Below, in pieces: positions 1 through 13,547 of a stretch of DNA of 64,000 nucleotides; the first letter of the stretch is position 1; the number at the start of each line of letters is the position of its first letter. Below the pieces are notes generated by a model, which was given only the letters and a program-made list of their open reading frames with translations, was not told the origin of the DNA and did no database searches. The translations under genes and the position numbers were made by a program. The DNA comes from Psilocybe cubensis (Eukaryota): NCBI GenBank assembly GCA_017499595.2, contig CM039008.1:558001-622000 (forward strand). The letters are read 5' to 3'.

Positions 1-1165
1 GTCAACTTTTCAATGTCCTTGAAGCTTTTCATGCAGAAAATCTGCCTTGTAGCTCCTGGGTCGCGCAGCGTATATTTGAAATCCTTTGCTTAACTGCTTG
101 AACAATTAAAGGGGCCTTGACTATACCACCGCTTAGAATGATTTTAGCGCTACGGGAATGAACGAAGACAGTTCGCCAAAATCCATCTGTCCGGAGAATC
201 AAAATTTTATCAGAACAACCTATCGGCAAAGGCCATAAAGTCAAGATGAGCACTGTATTCTGCTCGGGTAGAATGAACGCTCACAATGAAATTCATGTCT
301 GGCGAAACACAAGAACGCCGTTCTGCGGCGCAAAGTGTAAGTATCTGTTTCGTGAAGTCCCGGTCTAAAGCTCCTCCACCACGACATTTGCTTCGTAACG
401 CTCCGGCGGGAAGCCCAGATTCAGATCCAAGCCAGTGCCACGTTATTGCAGAATTGTGTTACGAGAGTCAAAATCAGGTAGCCTTTCATCTGGATTCTGT
501 AATATACTTATGCTATGTGGTGGCATAAATCTGGATTATCTCCAGGCGCCATATTTGCGATACACCGAACGGCAATGCCACGTCTATTTAATTTACCTGG
601 GCCTTAAATGCTTATTCCAGTCCATTCTGCAGTCAAATAGTATGCCCTGCCTTAGTGTAAAGTAGTAGTTGAAAGGCGTTTTTCGTCAATCCGTTGGAAT
701 CTTGTTGAACGTTTTGCGTAAGTTGGAAAATGAAATTCGCATTTTCCCGGTCCATAGACACTAACTTGATAATCTTGATTTAACGACGTGGGATGCAAAT
801 TACTGCAGGATTTCTTCATAGACTAAATGGCAAACGGCAAAACTACGTCCAGCTACAACTAACGCAGAATTACAGTCGCTGCAAACTGCACCGTCGTTGA
901 TCAGATGTCTCTGTTCTTACAGAGTTGTACAGCGCAGAGTTCCTAACTTGATTGCGCTCGCAAATTTTTCTTCAAGAAAATTGGCACCAAGGATTTTCAG
1001 ACTTTCAAATATTTTATTTGACTTCACAGCTGTCAGGTCGATACTCCGCCAACTCAACGGGCTTTTAATCGTTACTAAGCATCTGTAACTATCACGAATA
1101 TGAAAGTCGAAACAGAGGTGGCAAAAACAATTATTGCGAACAAAATTAACCAGTCGCCGATAACC

Positions 1166-4100
1166 TCAGTTCCATTTGAGCGTCAAAGGCTGATTCAACG
1201 TCACATTAACCCCAAGTGCGACAAGCTTGGCCTGTTGAGGAGCATACGTCCACGACGACACGATTCGGTTATTCGCAGAAACAGACTTCGGCTTAGACCC
1301 GACGCCCAGAATGGTGATATCCTGCAATTTCGGTCCCACCTGGAACCCACCAGATCCACTGACAGTGAGCTCGTTTTTGGTCGCCTTGAACACGAGGTTT
1401 CGACTAGGTCCGGGTGGGTTGCTGATGCCGTCATCGAGGTAAGCACTGCCTTGTGCTAGACCTTGTGCATTGAGGGATACGAGGAGAGAGAACGGGCCTT
1501 GGCGAGTCTCCTCAATCGTGTACGCTGGTTGGGCGTGCAGAAGGATAACAGACCCACCGCGGATGTGGACGTTGATGTGGCCTAGCGGAGCAGAAAGTGT
1601 GGTTGGCTGACCAGGTGTAGTCTTGAGGACATCGTGGGTGTACCAATCGCGCCAGATCACCGATCCACGTCCGGGGAATACCCCTGCCATTATGAAATAC
1701 GTTCTCAACTCGGTTTGGAGGAAAACAAAAAGAAACATTATTACCTGATACTGTCGTAGCGTTGGGCAGTAAAACCGGAGTGACGAGGATGTCACCGCCA
1801 ACCAAGAACTGTGCGTCCACGCTGAAGAGCTCTGGCTCATCCGGGAACTCATAGAACAGCGCTCGCACCGGTGGCGTCCCGGTAGTAGACGAATTGGCAA
1901 AGAGAGTATACTGCAACCGGTCCATCGCACATCAATCTCACAAGTCAAAAACGAACGAAGAAATTTGACTTGCCCAGTAGGGAAGCAGAGAATACCGAAT
2001 GGCGATGGCGGTTCGCGAAGCATTTGCGACGCTGTCCCATCGATAGGGTTCTTGTGATATGGCTCCTTTAATGTTGTGATTACGGAAGAACGGGGTGAAG
2101 GCGGAGAGCTGCATCCAACGGTTGCACAACTCCTCATCGGTGTTCCCATCTGCGATCGAGGAAGAAATCGCCCAGTCAATAACTTCGGATGAAATGCGGT
2201 AGCAAAGAAGAGCCAAAAGCAAACGCACTAAAACCACACGTGTCTGCACCAACGAAGGGAATCTGGAACAACTGGAATTGGAGAACTCCCTATTTGGAAG
2301 CGGTGGGATTAATGCACGGGAATAACACGAGCCAGTTTGATTGTGGGCACTTACTGCGATGCTGTACCGGAGGTAGGACCACAGGCTGAAGTTATCACCC
2401 AACTTCGAAGCAAGAATCAGCAAGTGGAAACATTTGGAGTAAATGTTCTTGTGATAATCAAAACATACCCAGTGTCCTGTCCATTTTCCTGACGAAGGGA
2501 ACGTCGAGCGACTAATCAAGAACGGTCTTTTATTTGGAATGATAGATTGGACCGCAATGTTCGTGGCTTTTTCTTCCATCAATCCCCAAAGATTATGAAC
2601 ATCTAGCTCCACCTGCCCATCTACGTGTGTGGCATTGGTGGCCAGCGCATGGATAGATAAACGCCCGTTTCCTGGGGCGCGTCAACAAGTTTTCGTAAGT
2701 GACACGAAGATGATTGCCAGGGTATATAGCTCCATGGTATAACTCACCATTATGAATTGCATAGGGAGGCGTATTAAGATCGACATTTGTCTGCTTCCCC
2801 GCACCTAACCCACGCCTGCTCAAGCCAGAGAGCGCAACCGTCGCAGTATCCAAGTTACAGGTCAGTGTTCCATTGACAGTGATGTTTCCACTGGGACCAT
2901 GAACTGTAGAGTTATAACTTGATACATTGGTTTAAAAGTGAGATGCGATCAACCAGATAGATATTAATCGTTGCACATACCATTCCGGGTAGTCTACAAT
3001 AATAGACAGACCTTCAGAACATAGAAGTATGTCACGAATCTAAAAACAACTGACCCAATACCGGGTTGCCCGGTTCGCCCGGGAGGATGAAAGGAGGACT
3101 AGTGTTGCTGAGATCCGCACCAGTACCACTGCGAAATGAGGGTGAAAATTATCAGCGGGAAAGCACTACTGTCACTCTCAAAAATGTACCCTCACCAAGA
3201 CCCGTCACAGAACGAGCTAGCCTCATTCATATCGAGCCATATCCCGGAGAACTCGATCCCTAATTTGCTCCAGTTGCGGAACGATTCTGTCCACCAATCT
3301 TGGGTGTTTTTCTGGAACCAATCAGGGAACACCTTTTGGGCGCGGAGAGGTACGTCAAGACTTGAAATGATCCAACCAGAAAGGACGTCACAAACCGTAT
3401 ACCCCGGCCACACCTGCCCAACATACTCAGTGCCATCCGGGTTGGTGATAAAAACACCTCTAAGGGCAGCAGAGTCCACGATAAGTAACGGCGGGGAGTC
3501 GGGAATCAAAGACGCGGAGCATGTAAACGGAAGCTTACTTTTCAACTCCTTTTGTGTAGGGATCATACTAGAAATAGAAAACATGACCATAATCAGCTCC
3601 ACTACGCGAGTCAAACAAATCGCCAAAAGAAATAAGGGAACGTGAAGGATCACGTACAATATCGGTCGCATTGATCTGTTTCGGGATGGCCGCATCAACG
3701 ATAGGGATGTCTGGCGGGATTGATGGCGCCATCAGATTGCCATGTCAATGCGTAAAAATCAGATTTCCTTACAGTGCTGATTGTTTGCATTCTACGGGAA
3801 ACAGATTAAACGGGAAAGTTCAAGGACAAAGAAGTGCACAACACACCAATTCCCGAATGAACGTGCGCATTTCATCGGGAGGGAAGCTGACAGGGTCAGC
3901 GGTAAAATCACGAACGGCATGGTATAAATCGATGTCGTTCCACATAACTGAAAAAAGATATTAAGAAGGATGATTAACAGTGGATACAAATGACTCGGTG
4001 GGTCTGGAATGAAGGAGGCCCGAACAGACCTTCCAGCGGGATATTTGCAGCACGCATATTGGTCACTTGGCTTCGAACATCGGCAAGGTTTTCGTAACCC

Positions 4101-5556
4101 CAGCTGAAGAGATGTCTCAGTTGAAGACACACGTAAAAATTAATCCTGATTCCTCAACGTACCGGCAAAGATGGAAACCAAAGCCCCACACAGGTTGCCA
4201 AGATGGGAGACCCACTAAAGTCCCATATTGTTCGATAACTGACTTTGGGGTGGGTCCTGAAAGAAAGTAAAAGTCCAAAACGCCCCCGATCATCCTATAT
4301 TCAATTAGAGAAACATTGGATTGGGGTGGCGTCAAAAGCAATATGTCGCCACCAGCCGCACTTTAAAGACATTACTTGTCAATTCCACTAAATACCTGCT
4401 AGAAGTTTTTCGGTGACACACCTCAGCAAAAAAACGCCATGTGACTGAGATGTGTTTGTCTTTTCATCAAAACGATGCTCAAGATAAACTGGATGTGATC
4501 CATATCTGGATAAAACCATGAATCAATCGGTCAGTTCATTCCAAGCAAAAGATTTAAAGAAACGCCATCACGTGAGTAACGCGACGAAGAAAACGTACAT
4601 ATTTTCATCAACCGGGTCAGCAATATCTCGTGCCCACATAGTTTGGATTGTTCCACCATTGGGGCCCACATTTCTGCGGAATCCGGAGCTAGCAACAACT
4701 TCTCCCAGGCCGTAGATATTGGTGTTCAATGGAAGAGCGGACGATAGCTATTGGAAATGAAAACGTCGAAGGCTTTTTGAGTCAATGCAAGTTATATAGT
4801 AGGGAACTTCACACCTGAAGATATTGATCTTCAAAAACTAAAGGAAAGCCGTTAAGGGCGGTGGAGTTATCGTCGGGAATTACAGCAGGGATAGGGGTCT
4901 TAGGCAATGACGCAATCCTCGTGTCGAAGAGGGGCGCTGCATGTGGCTGCGAACGACGAGTGATCCAAAATGCAAAAGGAGAAGGTTGATGGTTAAACAC
5001 AAGGTCCGACGTTTTTTGGAATGATTTGGAGGGTGCTGGAGGCCTTTCGACCACCGATTCCGGAACTGTGAATTGCTTATTGGCGGTGTCGAAGATGTTG
5101 ACATGAAGACTTTAAGCAAAAAAGATTGTAGCATTGAAAGACGGAGATGGGCATAACACTGCTTACCGAGAGTTAGTTTCGTATGTGACTTGAATGGTGA
5201 GATCCGCAACATCTGTGCCAAATGCATTGCAAGCCTTTCCGTTCAAACCAAGTTTGGCTGTCAAGCCCGTGTTTGTCTGCTTTAGAGAATGGAGCTGGTA
5301 GCCTGTGATACATTGAATCAGAGAGTAATCATGTCTGACCAAGTAAACATCACTTACCGGGACAACTGGAGACATCAAGACTATGGGTAATGTTACTGGC
5401 ATCGGGACTTTCTTGTCGCAAAAAATGCAGGGGTTGCCTTTCAGCTTGTATTAGCAACGCGGGCAGCCAAGTTGCCCAGAGCAGCCAGCTATTAGTGCTG
5501 AGCATTGCGGGGAATAATGAGGAACTATTTAGCGTTGTCCAGTGGGGCAAAAGCAT
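1166..5556 (-). CDS. Secreted glycoside hydrolase family 31 (alpha-glucosidase-like), multi-exon
   Basis: Spliced ORF pieces carry GH31 motifs: GIWLDMNEASSF (nucleophile), GHW-LGDN (acid/base), RWMQLSAFTPFFRNHN and YRMIGGVLDFYF. The start is probably the second Met (5505, signal-like MLSTNSWLLWATWLPALLIQA). Ends TLKWN*. Confidence 0.93.
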
Positions 5557-6508
5557 GCTTTGTGGAGGTTTATATTAGTTTCATTATCACGATGTTCTCC
5601 ATGTCAGCTGTTCCTCACGTCACTGAGCACTAGGTAGGAAGCGTACTCGTGGAAAGCTTTTGCCTATATTTGCAGTGTATTCCGATCGATGACCGTATGT
5701 GCGCACACTGGGAATGGTGGGACCAGCGCGAGGTGTCGCAAGCTTCAACCTTCGAGAAACGGTGTGTATAAACAAAGTCAACGTGGATGGTGGTGATGAC
5801 TATCCATCGGCTCATGCTGAAAGATTTATAAGCGAAGGTTATATACATTAAGAGCCTAGGAAGACGCTATCGAAAAGAGAGGGCGAACCTGAGGTGTTAT
5901 TCACCATCGCAAATACTGATTTTCCAGTTACTCGCAACTGTAAGCGGTGCATGGAAACAAGCTGAAAGCACACACGCTCGCCACCTCTCCCACTTGCGAC
6001 TCTGGTGTCTTTGACCAGAGTGTGCCTTAAGTCCGTTCCCGGCGATAGCCTGTCCGCGAAGACGAGAAGCATGGCCTACTCGCTAAACAACACAACTTTG
6101 AAAGTTTCATGGGAATTTTGGCATTGAATAACCTCTTTAAGAGCGAGACGGTAATATCAGAGCAAGTCAAGATGGTGGTCGGCGTTCAAATACACGAAAT
6201 GTGCATATCAGCTGAGCAGAAGGTATAAAAATACTTCACAGAGGAATGAAGGCGATTTTGCCTCCAGAGGACCAGAAATTCAAACAATCAAATCAAATCA
6301 CGTGTGCGTGACAGCGTGACTTGCACGAACAGTCACTTCCACGCGATGCTCGTCCTCCGTTTCCGCTAATGCCACTTTTTTAAAGCACCAACGTTTAATA
6401 GCGGCTACGGAACGTCCAAGATATCTTGAGTTTGTCCAAGTTCGATTTTCTATTTGGATTTCACACCAAGCATTCCTTTTACTCTTATGAATAGGTTGCT
6501 TCAAATTC

Positions 6509-8605
6509 ATGACGACACCTAGTGGCCGAAGAACCAGAGCTTCCATCGACGCTGAACTTGAACTACTTGAAGCTCAGCTCCAGACCCTAATTTTACGGGA
6601 AAGCGACATTCAGAAAGTGATAGACCATGCCCAAAGAATGAAAGATGCACTCACTCTGGAGAGACTGTCCACCGAGAAACAGAAAGCTGAACTCGAGGCT
6701 CAAAAAGAGCCCATTAACTGGCTTCCGGTCGAACTGCTTATCCATATCTTCTCTGCATATGCCGTCCTCGGATATTCAACTGACAACCCCCATCCATCCG
6801 TTACTGTGTCCCATGTTTGCAGGAAGTGGCGAGATATTGTTCTCGATGCTCCTGATCTTTGGCGCCGGATTGTTCTGCGGGGATTCCAAAGAAGAGCACC
6901 CTTTCGAGTGTATTTGGAACGGTCAATGGACTCCCCTCTGGATATAGACTATACAACTATGCCGCGCATTTCTACATCTGAAGAACGCTACCAAGTCATG
7001 AAGTTAGCGGAAATATGCAACCCGCATTTCAGGCGCGTGGAAAGTCTATCTATTCAGGTGAAAAATGCCATAGCCTTCCTTCCGTTTATCTTGATTATCA
7101 AGGATCATGTCAAAATGCTCCCTCGACTACGCCATCTAAATGTTGCAATATCCGCGCAAGACCCATCGTTCCATGACATCTCTAGTCTCCTTGATGCCGA
7201 CCGAATTGCTCTCACAAATGACACAGTTTTCATTCCAAGCAGCAGCAATCTTCGCCGCCTAAAGATAGAAAAGATACCATTGTTCAATTTTCCTGCCTCA
7301 TTAATTGCAAATCTCGTATCCCTGGAGATCGTCTACTCTCCAAGGTCGACGACCAACCATTACTTTGTCAAGATGTCTTCTCTCTGTCGCTTCTTGACAC
7401 TCACCCCACGGCTAGAGGAGCTGGTTCTGGCTAACACTGTACCATATTTTGACGTGTACCCTTCTTCTGAGGCGCCCGACGTCTCAGCAAGGGAAAATAA
7501 GGAAGAAATGCAACCAGTGAATCTCCTCCATCTCAAATCGATCGACTGGACTTTTCCCTTCTGTGGAGACATTCATCGTCTTCTATCTTTGATCAATGCG
7601 CCAGGTCTGGAAAGACTCGATCTCTGGGTCAACGATCCTCCTAGGCGTCTCGACATAGACTACGTCCGAGGCTATACGTACACCTCATCTTCATACTCTC
7701 TGCGCAACACAGTCACGTATCCCTCACTCCGCGATCTTAGCGTGCAATACGCAGGAGAAGAGGCGTCCTCTCTTTCTTTGCGAAATTTCTCCTTCCCTGC
7801 CCTAGAAAAGCTGGCCTTTACCAACATTGACACCGCGGCTCGAAGACCCGGTGGATATATGCCATCCCTACCTGTATTTCCGCGCCTAGAATCCATATTT
7901 CGCGACCCCCGCCTTCCGAATCTGACGCACCTGACGCTATCGCACTTTGAAATCTGGACAGAAGTGGGTCGCGTCGAGGCAATGCTCGGATATATGCCGC
8001 TGCTCACTTCCCTTTCTCTCGATGCATGCCCTGGGACTTGCAAGCTCCTGAACGCCCTGCAAGAGCAGGTCGTTCCAGCTACTAACAGGGTCCAAAGCGC
8101 GCGGAGGGGAGCGGTGCGTGGCGTCAAGCTTTGCCCGAGGCTAGAGGCTCTGTCGTTCTGGGGGTGTCAAGACGTCGACTTTGCGACGCTCCTTGCGGTT
8201 GTTTACTCCCGGAACAGAAGCGCCAGTGGCTTCGCAGAAGAAACCACGCATAAAGACGAGTCTGCTACTCCGAATGGAGCAACACAGGCAATCGTCACGC
8301 GGGGACTGCGGGATGAGAATAATGGGGGCGCCAGTCATAGGACAGAGCCGGCCCAGATGGGAAGGAAGATTAAACCGTTGAGGAAGCTACGCCGCGATCC
8401 ACCCGAACTACCAGGGGCACCGTCGGCTGAAAATGTAGCAGCTGCAACACGGTCTATGGCCACAGTCATGATACATGCTGCACGCCGTCCAGCACAAATT
8501 ATCTATTTGCGCATGACGGACTGTAAGCTGATTAGTGAGGAAGAAGCCATACAATTTAAAAGCCTCGGTGTTGTAGATGTAATTTGGTCTGGGTCGGACC
8601 AGTGA
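6509..8605 (+). CDS. F-box protein with N-terminal coiled coil and LRR-like C-terminus, single exon
   Basis: 698-aa uninterrupted ORF. F-box-like INWLPVELLIHIF...VSHVCRKWRDIVLDAPDLW, followed by repeated LxxLxL segments (LPRLRHL, FPALEKL, CPRLEAL). Confidence 0.88.
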   Translation: MTTPSGRRTRASIDAELELLEAQLQTLILRESDIQKVIDHAQRMKDALTLERLSTEKQKAELEAQKEPINWLPVELLIHIFSAYAVLGYSTDNPHPSVTVSHVCRKWRDIVLDAPDLWRRIVLRGFQRRAPFRVYLERSMDSPLDIDYTTMPRISTSEERYQVMKLAEICNPHFRRVESLSIQVKNAIAFLPFILIIKDHVKMLPRLRHLNVAISAQDPSFHDISSLLDADRIALTNDTVFIPSSSNLRRLKIEKIPLFNFPASLIANLVSLEIVYSPRSTTNHYFVKMSSLCRFLTLTPRLEELVLANTVPYFDVYPSSEAPDVSARENKEEMQPVNLLHLKSIDWTFPFCGDIHRLLSLINAPGLERLDLWVNDPPRRLDIDYVRGYTYTSSSYSLRNTVTYPSLRDLSVQYAGEEASSLSLRNFSFPALEKLAFTNIDTAARRPGGYMPSLPVFPRLESIFRDPRLPNLTHLTLSHFEIWTEVGRVEAMLGYMPLLTSLSLDACPGTCKLLNALQEQVVPATNRVQSARRGAVRGVKLCPRLEALSFWGCQDVDFATLLAVVYSRNRSASGFAEETTHKDESATPNGATQAIVTRGLRDENNGGASHRTEPAQMGRKIKPLRKLRRDPPELPGAPSAENVAAATRSMATVMIHAARRPAQIIYLRMTDCKLISEEEAIQFKSLGVVDVIWSGSDQ

Positions 8606-8955
8606 TGGCGACAGGTGTAGCATGGTACAGGTGCAGTCTTGTAGGATTTACAAATACAATTCCAAAGAAAACACGCTTTTGTCGGATTACCTGTATCATT
8701 CGTTGTCGAGTTGAACTTTTTCTGGAAAGATATTCACTCCCAAGCACAGTCACTTCGTCGTGAAGGTGTGAAGGTGCTCAAAGGTCGTGTTCATATCAGT
8801 CCAAGTCTAGTCCATGTCATTCTAGTGATCAAATTGAGTTTTCGATCACGATGTCCAGAATCTGATTTGAACAGGGCGAAACCCGAAAATCAATAGGTCT
8901 CCGTGCGGGTGCATCCAGATATCCAGTTATATTTAAATGGGCACCAATCGGATTT

Positions 8956-10571
8956 CTACACGAGTTCCCAAACGCTGCCTTCGCTGGTGTGCATCTGCTA
9001 TGGAGGAAAGAACCAGCGCCCGTGTCAGCATACATATATCTGTCAGAGCCCAAGAAGGCGCCACGAGATCGCTTACGTCCTCAGGAATGTCTATGTTTAC
9101 CAGCGCGTTGAGGACTCCCTGCAGAGAAGTACGGAGATCCCTCGCGTCAGCGAGGAGTTCCGCTAGCGACAGACCAAAGCGAACTTGCCTGTCCAGTCCA
9201 TTCTTCAACTTCTTTAACCTGCTCCGGCGTAATAAAATCTCGAGATTTACGAGAAGCAAAGACCATATGAATCCCAGCTGCCCTGATAACAGAATTCGGT
9301 AACGCCTGTGGAGTAGGAGGTATCTGGGGTGTGGGATTTGAAGATTGGGCAATAACGGGGGTGACAGGCCCCGTGGTAAGAGGCGTCCTCTCCACCGTAG
9401 ATACGGCGGACCGGGCACGCCAGCAGGCCGCAAGATGAAAGAGGTGAAAGGTCTCCATCTAAAAGGCAAAAAATGTCAGTAAATCAACCTCCACGAATAT
9501 TTTTCTTGTGATTTAAAATTCTGACTTCGAGTGTGGATAAATTCTCGACCATCTTCTGAAGGTATTCAATAAGATGCTCGTTGTGATCTGGGAAAGATGT
9601 TTGTCTCCCTTGCGACGAGTAGAAGCTGGCGAAAACGGGCCCGTCGTCTGAGAACTTCTGGTGGGAACATGATGTTTTATCAACGTACCTGTCAGCTGAA
9701 GCATTGACCGTCCCTGAGATGATGTCCGACAGAGAGGTAGATGGTTTCGCGGCATGCAAAGCTTTGACAAGCTGGACCCTATTTTAGTACATATGGAAAT
9801 CAAGCGATTTAAGGTAACTGCAAACCTCATTTGTCAACTTCTCGTCGGCGGCGACCTGCAGAGAGAAAAAATAAATACGTCTCTCCAACTCATAGATAGA
9901 TAGATAGAGCAGAAGCTTACAGGCTTGCTGATTCTATACGCTGGCTCATCGCAGCTTTCTGGATTGGCAAAGTCGAAATCGACGTTGCGAGAAATCGACA
10001 CACAGGCGTCTGCCACTACGACCGTTCCCGGACGTATGTCGACTAGACCACCACAAGAGCCCAGCCTTATTCAAATTCAGCCCTTTGTACTTACTTCATA
10101 AAAGGAATAGGAACCTAATAATGGCGAGGTCGCCGCTGACACTTTCCCTGATTTCACGCACGAAGAAGTCCATATTTGGACTGCCCATACCAATGCTTAT
10201 GATTGATACGGGTACACCTTTATATCTGCCTGTAATTGTCAAGAAACCGCGCTCGGAATTCAACACGAACGGCTTCGGTTTTGCGTCGAGAAACGAGGCT
10301 ACAGTGTTCGCCCGCGACGGCGAACCAACGGTGACCTAGATAATAACGTACGTGTCAGATGGCTTGAAACGCGTCTGAAGCGCGTCCTCATCGCACAATA
10401 CGATTCGCCACCTCTCCAGGGCGGACCCCAAGATGATAGACGCGTTGGTCTGCTGTCCGTGGAAAATCTAGAAAAAGACAAGATCGAAATCATCATCATT
10501 TCACACCTTACTTCTTCCGTAGAGACCAGTTGTGAGAGGTACGTACTCGCGTCTGTCAGGGTATCTTTCAT
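8956..10571 (-). CDS. Uridine/purine nucleoside phosphorylase (PNP_UDP_1 family), multi-exon
   Basis: Spliced translation includes MKDTLTDA..., VTVGSPSRA, SERGFLTITGRYKGVPVSIISIGMGSPNMDFFVRE, LGSCGG, ASFYSSQGR and METFHL. Last exon QMHTSEGSVWELV*. Confidence 0.88.
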
Positions 10572-13547
10572 TCTTGAAATTGGCTCTTGCTGTCTGGAAG
10601 AAACAGGGTCTTTTAATGTGGTGGAATTTGGAGACTCCGGGTGGATGTCTAATCTATCTTATCGGCGGGTGTACTACAGACAGCGGGATGTGACGAGATG
10701 TGACACATGTGGACTTTAAACTCCGCAGGGTCCGGGCCCTTTTCGCTAATACACCCACAACTGGCACCTGATGCAACGAGTAAGCCCCTATGTCCGATTT
10801 CGCATTTTTTTGCATTTCTTCTGCTCATATCGGTGACTGGAACACGCTGACCATAATACGATGGACCAGGCGGGAGGCCAACCCACGACCTCTCCAAAAC
10901 ATAGACGATCCTGTCACCATCAAATTTGGTAAACGCACTTGTTGAGCACAACCATTACGACCTATCCTGACGTTCCGATCACAATTCCCTCATAAACCCC
11001 AGAATGGTTACGGTAGAAACCTGCTGAGAAAAAGTACCAACTTCTCCTCCCTAATAACTTACTTCGACTATGTAGGCTTAGGTCCCCGTCAAGCTATCAC
11101 ACGCCGCCTTTTCCCCTTGGAAAAGACCCGACACCCCTTGACATGAACCTGGTATATTTTTAAACACCCCAGTTCTCTGGACAACGGGGCGTTGCGTGTG
11201 GTCAGGAGAAATGGAACGCCTGATCATCAGTGGCGAGCGTCGGAATAAATAACCTTCCATGTATTTTTTTTGCGTCCCTATCTCGTAAGAACATACGTAT
11301 GTTTTCTCACCTTCAAACTCTGAAGAAACATTCACGGGAAGGTCAACGAGCGCTACTGTGCTGATCTACGGTCAGTCGCAATAGGGCGTCAGAAGTGCTA
11401 TTTGCCTGATAATTTTAGAACTTTAAGCTTTTCATTATATTCAAGCCCGTGATTCGGTTTCATAGTTTCCGTAGGTGGCAGTCGATTTTTTATTTTAGGA
11501 TTGATACGTCTGTTTGCTCCTTCAGCCTAGTCTCAAACGTTGTTAGCAGACGTAAAGATGGGTGCGAAGGATAGTACGTCCGAGTAGAGATGCACACCAA
11601 TATTTAAGAGATCCGTTCTGTCATAGTACGTATGTTCTTTGGGGAACAACTAATGTCCGGTGTTAACCGTCTCAAGTGCTGTTCCGTCCCTGCCACCTCA
11701 CCTCGTCATTCCATACGATCAAGCGAATAGCCGCAATCCAACATGACTCACTCTCTGGAGATTCCCAACTTGTCGCCCCAAAACGTGGAGAGGATTTGAG
11801 GGAAACAGTAGTGGGATACGAAAGGTGCGTACATCAGAGACTGATTGAGGAATATACCTTCATCTAACCGCGATAAGATCAAGAAATTAGAGCGCAATGG
11901 GTGCGCCACACGGCTAGACGAGAAGCTACACTTTGGAGGATACGTAGACGCCTTCGATATCTTTTCTCTCTCCTTCCTACACGTCCAGACTGGACCATTG
12001 GAAGCACTGACGTATGGTTATCAGGAAACCCTCGGTAAGTGGTATATTTGCCAAAGGCTGTGGTCCAAACTCCAGGTTACTCAGTGTCAAGTTATACCCA
12101 CCGAACCGACGCCTACATCTACAACCAGGTTCGTTGCTGCAAGGGAATGGTTTTCTGCAATGTTTACATTACAAGATGCACTTGTTCCCACGACACCCTA
12201 CGACGATCTTTGACATGTACAAGCGATCGTCAATTCAGTGGATTCATACCTCATCGTATGAGCGGCGACTACAGTGACAACTGGCAGCAGTCAGAGGCGT
12301 TTGTTGATTATGTACAACTATCACGATTCAGCTAGATGTAATCGTGTAAAATATTTGCCTATCCGTCCCGCTGAGCTGCATTCTATCAGATGTGCACGTT
12401 CGCAGAAATTTCAACTTTTCGGAGACCATGTGTATCTGGGGCAGTCTGGGCGTGTAGGGAATGATATCAAGCTTAACTGACATGAACGCTGCTGACTGCC
12501 TCAGGCCGTTACGCCAAGAAGGCAATACTCATGCTTGTCTGTTCCCGATTCCCGCTACTTTCGGAGCCGCACTGGAGTACCCCCATTTGAACATGAGTGA
12601 ATTTTTTGGACTGTGGAAGCTGTCATGCGGCGTATGTGTTGCAAGAGATGGCTGTATCCTGTGCGATGAGCGTGGTGAGGACTCTGGGATTCGCTCGAGA
12701 AGGAGGATGATTTTGACGCCCAGAAGAGACCGAAGGAGGCTTCCTGATTGGAATTTCCCGACCCAATGACAAGGCACTGGCCAGATCTGATTGAGGGATC
12801 GGGATCTGGAGTTTTGTGATCTGTTGAGACTCCGACGAGTTTGTGTGTGTTTTGTTCTAAAGATGTCAGTTACCTTTACGATTCGCGCCACAAAAGAGTG
12901 GCTGGAAATGGCCGGAGGCACAAGCACACAGATCGTGAAACATCACGAGAACCCTTATTTTCGATCACTTGGGGTTTTATGCGCTTGAGGATTGGTCGTT
13001 CTATTTGTTCGTGAACCTAGCCGCATAAGGAATCCCAAGTTCCGAGCATCTGGTAGATTTCAGAACTGGGAACCTGTTTGGCCGGTCTACATACTTCCAG
13101 ATTGTCGAAAATTCTCGGAAAAGATTCGACTACTGGTAATCCGCTGACCGTGCCTGTGAGCCTGTGTTGCAAGGGTTCATCAACCGGTGTCATGAGCACC
13201 TCGAACCAGATTTACTCGACGATCAGACTGGATTGTTTGCAAGAAGCACCCCTTCCTGGGATAATACGTCAACAGCGCTGGAGTTGGGAAAGAACAAAGG
13301 GGGCATTCGTAGTCGGGTGCTAGCGAACAGCAAGCATACGGTTGTCCATAAACTCTGCTTGTATCCGCATTTCGTTCCGCTCTTTGCCTTTTATCTGAGA
13401 CAACTTGTCCTCTACCGATCACCCCGCAGCCGGCTACTCTTACGTCCCTCCCTTTTATCTCTCTGGCGTCTAGAGCACCTTGGCCTACCGATCCTAACCA
13501 CCTGCGTCGAGGTATTTGCAATCGCACTCGACACCGCCGTTGCCGTT

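Noticed and set aside
13164-13547. Upstream extension of the HMG ORF
   Set aside because: Begins at a non-ATG codon and crosses pyrimidine-rich UTR-like sequence. The ATG at 13548 is more plausible.
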